64,000 bases of DNA, taken from NCBI RefSeq assembly GCF_001447785.1, contig NW_015167062.1:271734-335733 (forward strand), in the 5' to 3' direction. This document shows positions 63,813-64,000 of the stretch, one piece after another. Numbering within the stretch: the stretch's first letter is position 1; every line of letters begins with the position of its first letter. A program made the position numbers and the translations under genes. The notes beneath the pieces were generated by a model. It did no database searches. It saw only the letters and a list, made by a program, of their open reading frames with translations, and was not told the origin of the DNA. The DNA is from Gekko japonicus (taxonomy: Eukaryota).

Positions 63813-64000
63813 GGGTTCCTTAAGAGTACATCTGATAAGTATAATGACCGGGAAACATCTTGTGCAGCTCAGGTAATCTGTAAAAACATAAAACCCCAAC
63901 AAACAAAGTAATGTATTTCTTGGCTGTGAGCCTGTTTTTGGATTCTGGTGACTCCAGCTTTGCTTCTGTGGTTTATATCATCCCCAAATTGCATCCCACA

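Overview
Vertebrate genomic DNA, very probably from a squamate and most likely a gecko (inferred from the repeat families: Squam3-type tRNA SINEs with (TTC)n tails, a Sauria-type SINE, 5S-derived SINEs, BovB, L2, CR1, L1, RTEX-like and Penelope-like fragments). It has four short N gaps. I found no intact protein-coding gene. All recognisable ORFs are decayed retroelement pieces, apart from one short N-terminal fragment resembling SLC1A4. The window reads as a large intron or gene desert: dense transposon remnants with several AT-rich, homeobox-motif-rich non-repetitive blocks that look like conserved enhancers. The most interesting signal is a family of non-autonomous hAT-type DNA transposons whose copies share both termini but carry unrelated GC/CpG-rich interiors that look like captured host first exons. 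One carries a putative 5'UTR plus about 45 codons resembling the SLC1A4/ASCT1 N-terminus, suggesting a Pack-TIR-like gene-fragment-capture system. Other notable items are a ~205-bp degenerate palindrome overlapping a perfect Sox-Oct motif, hammerhead-ribozyme relics in Penelope-like fragments, a hairpin-dense LTR-like insert, and a 180-bp-period tandem array inside a transposon. Family names come from motif recognition only; no database searches were run.
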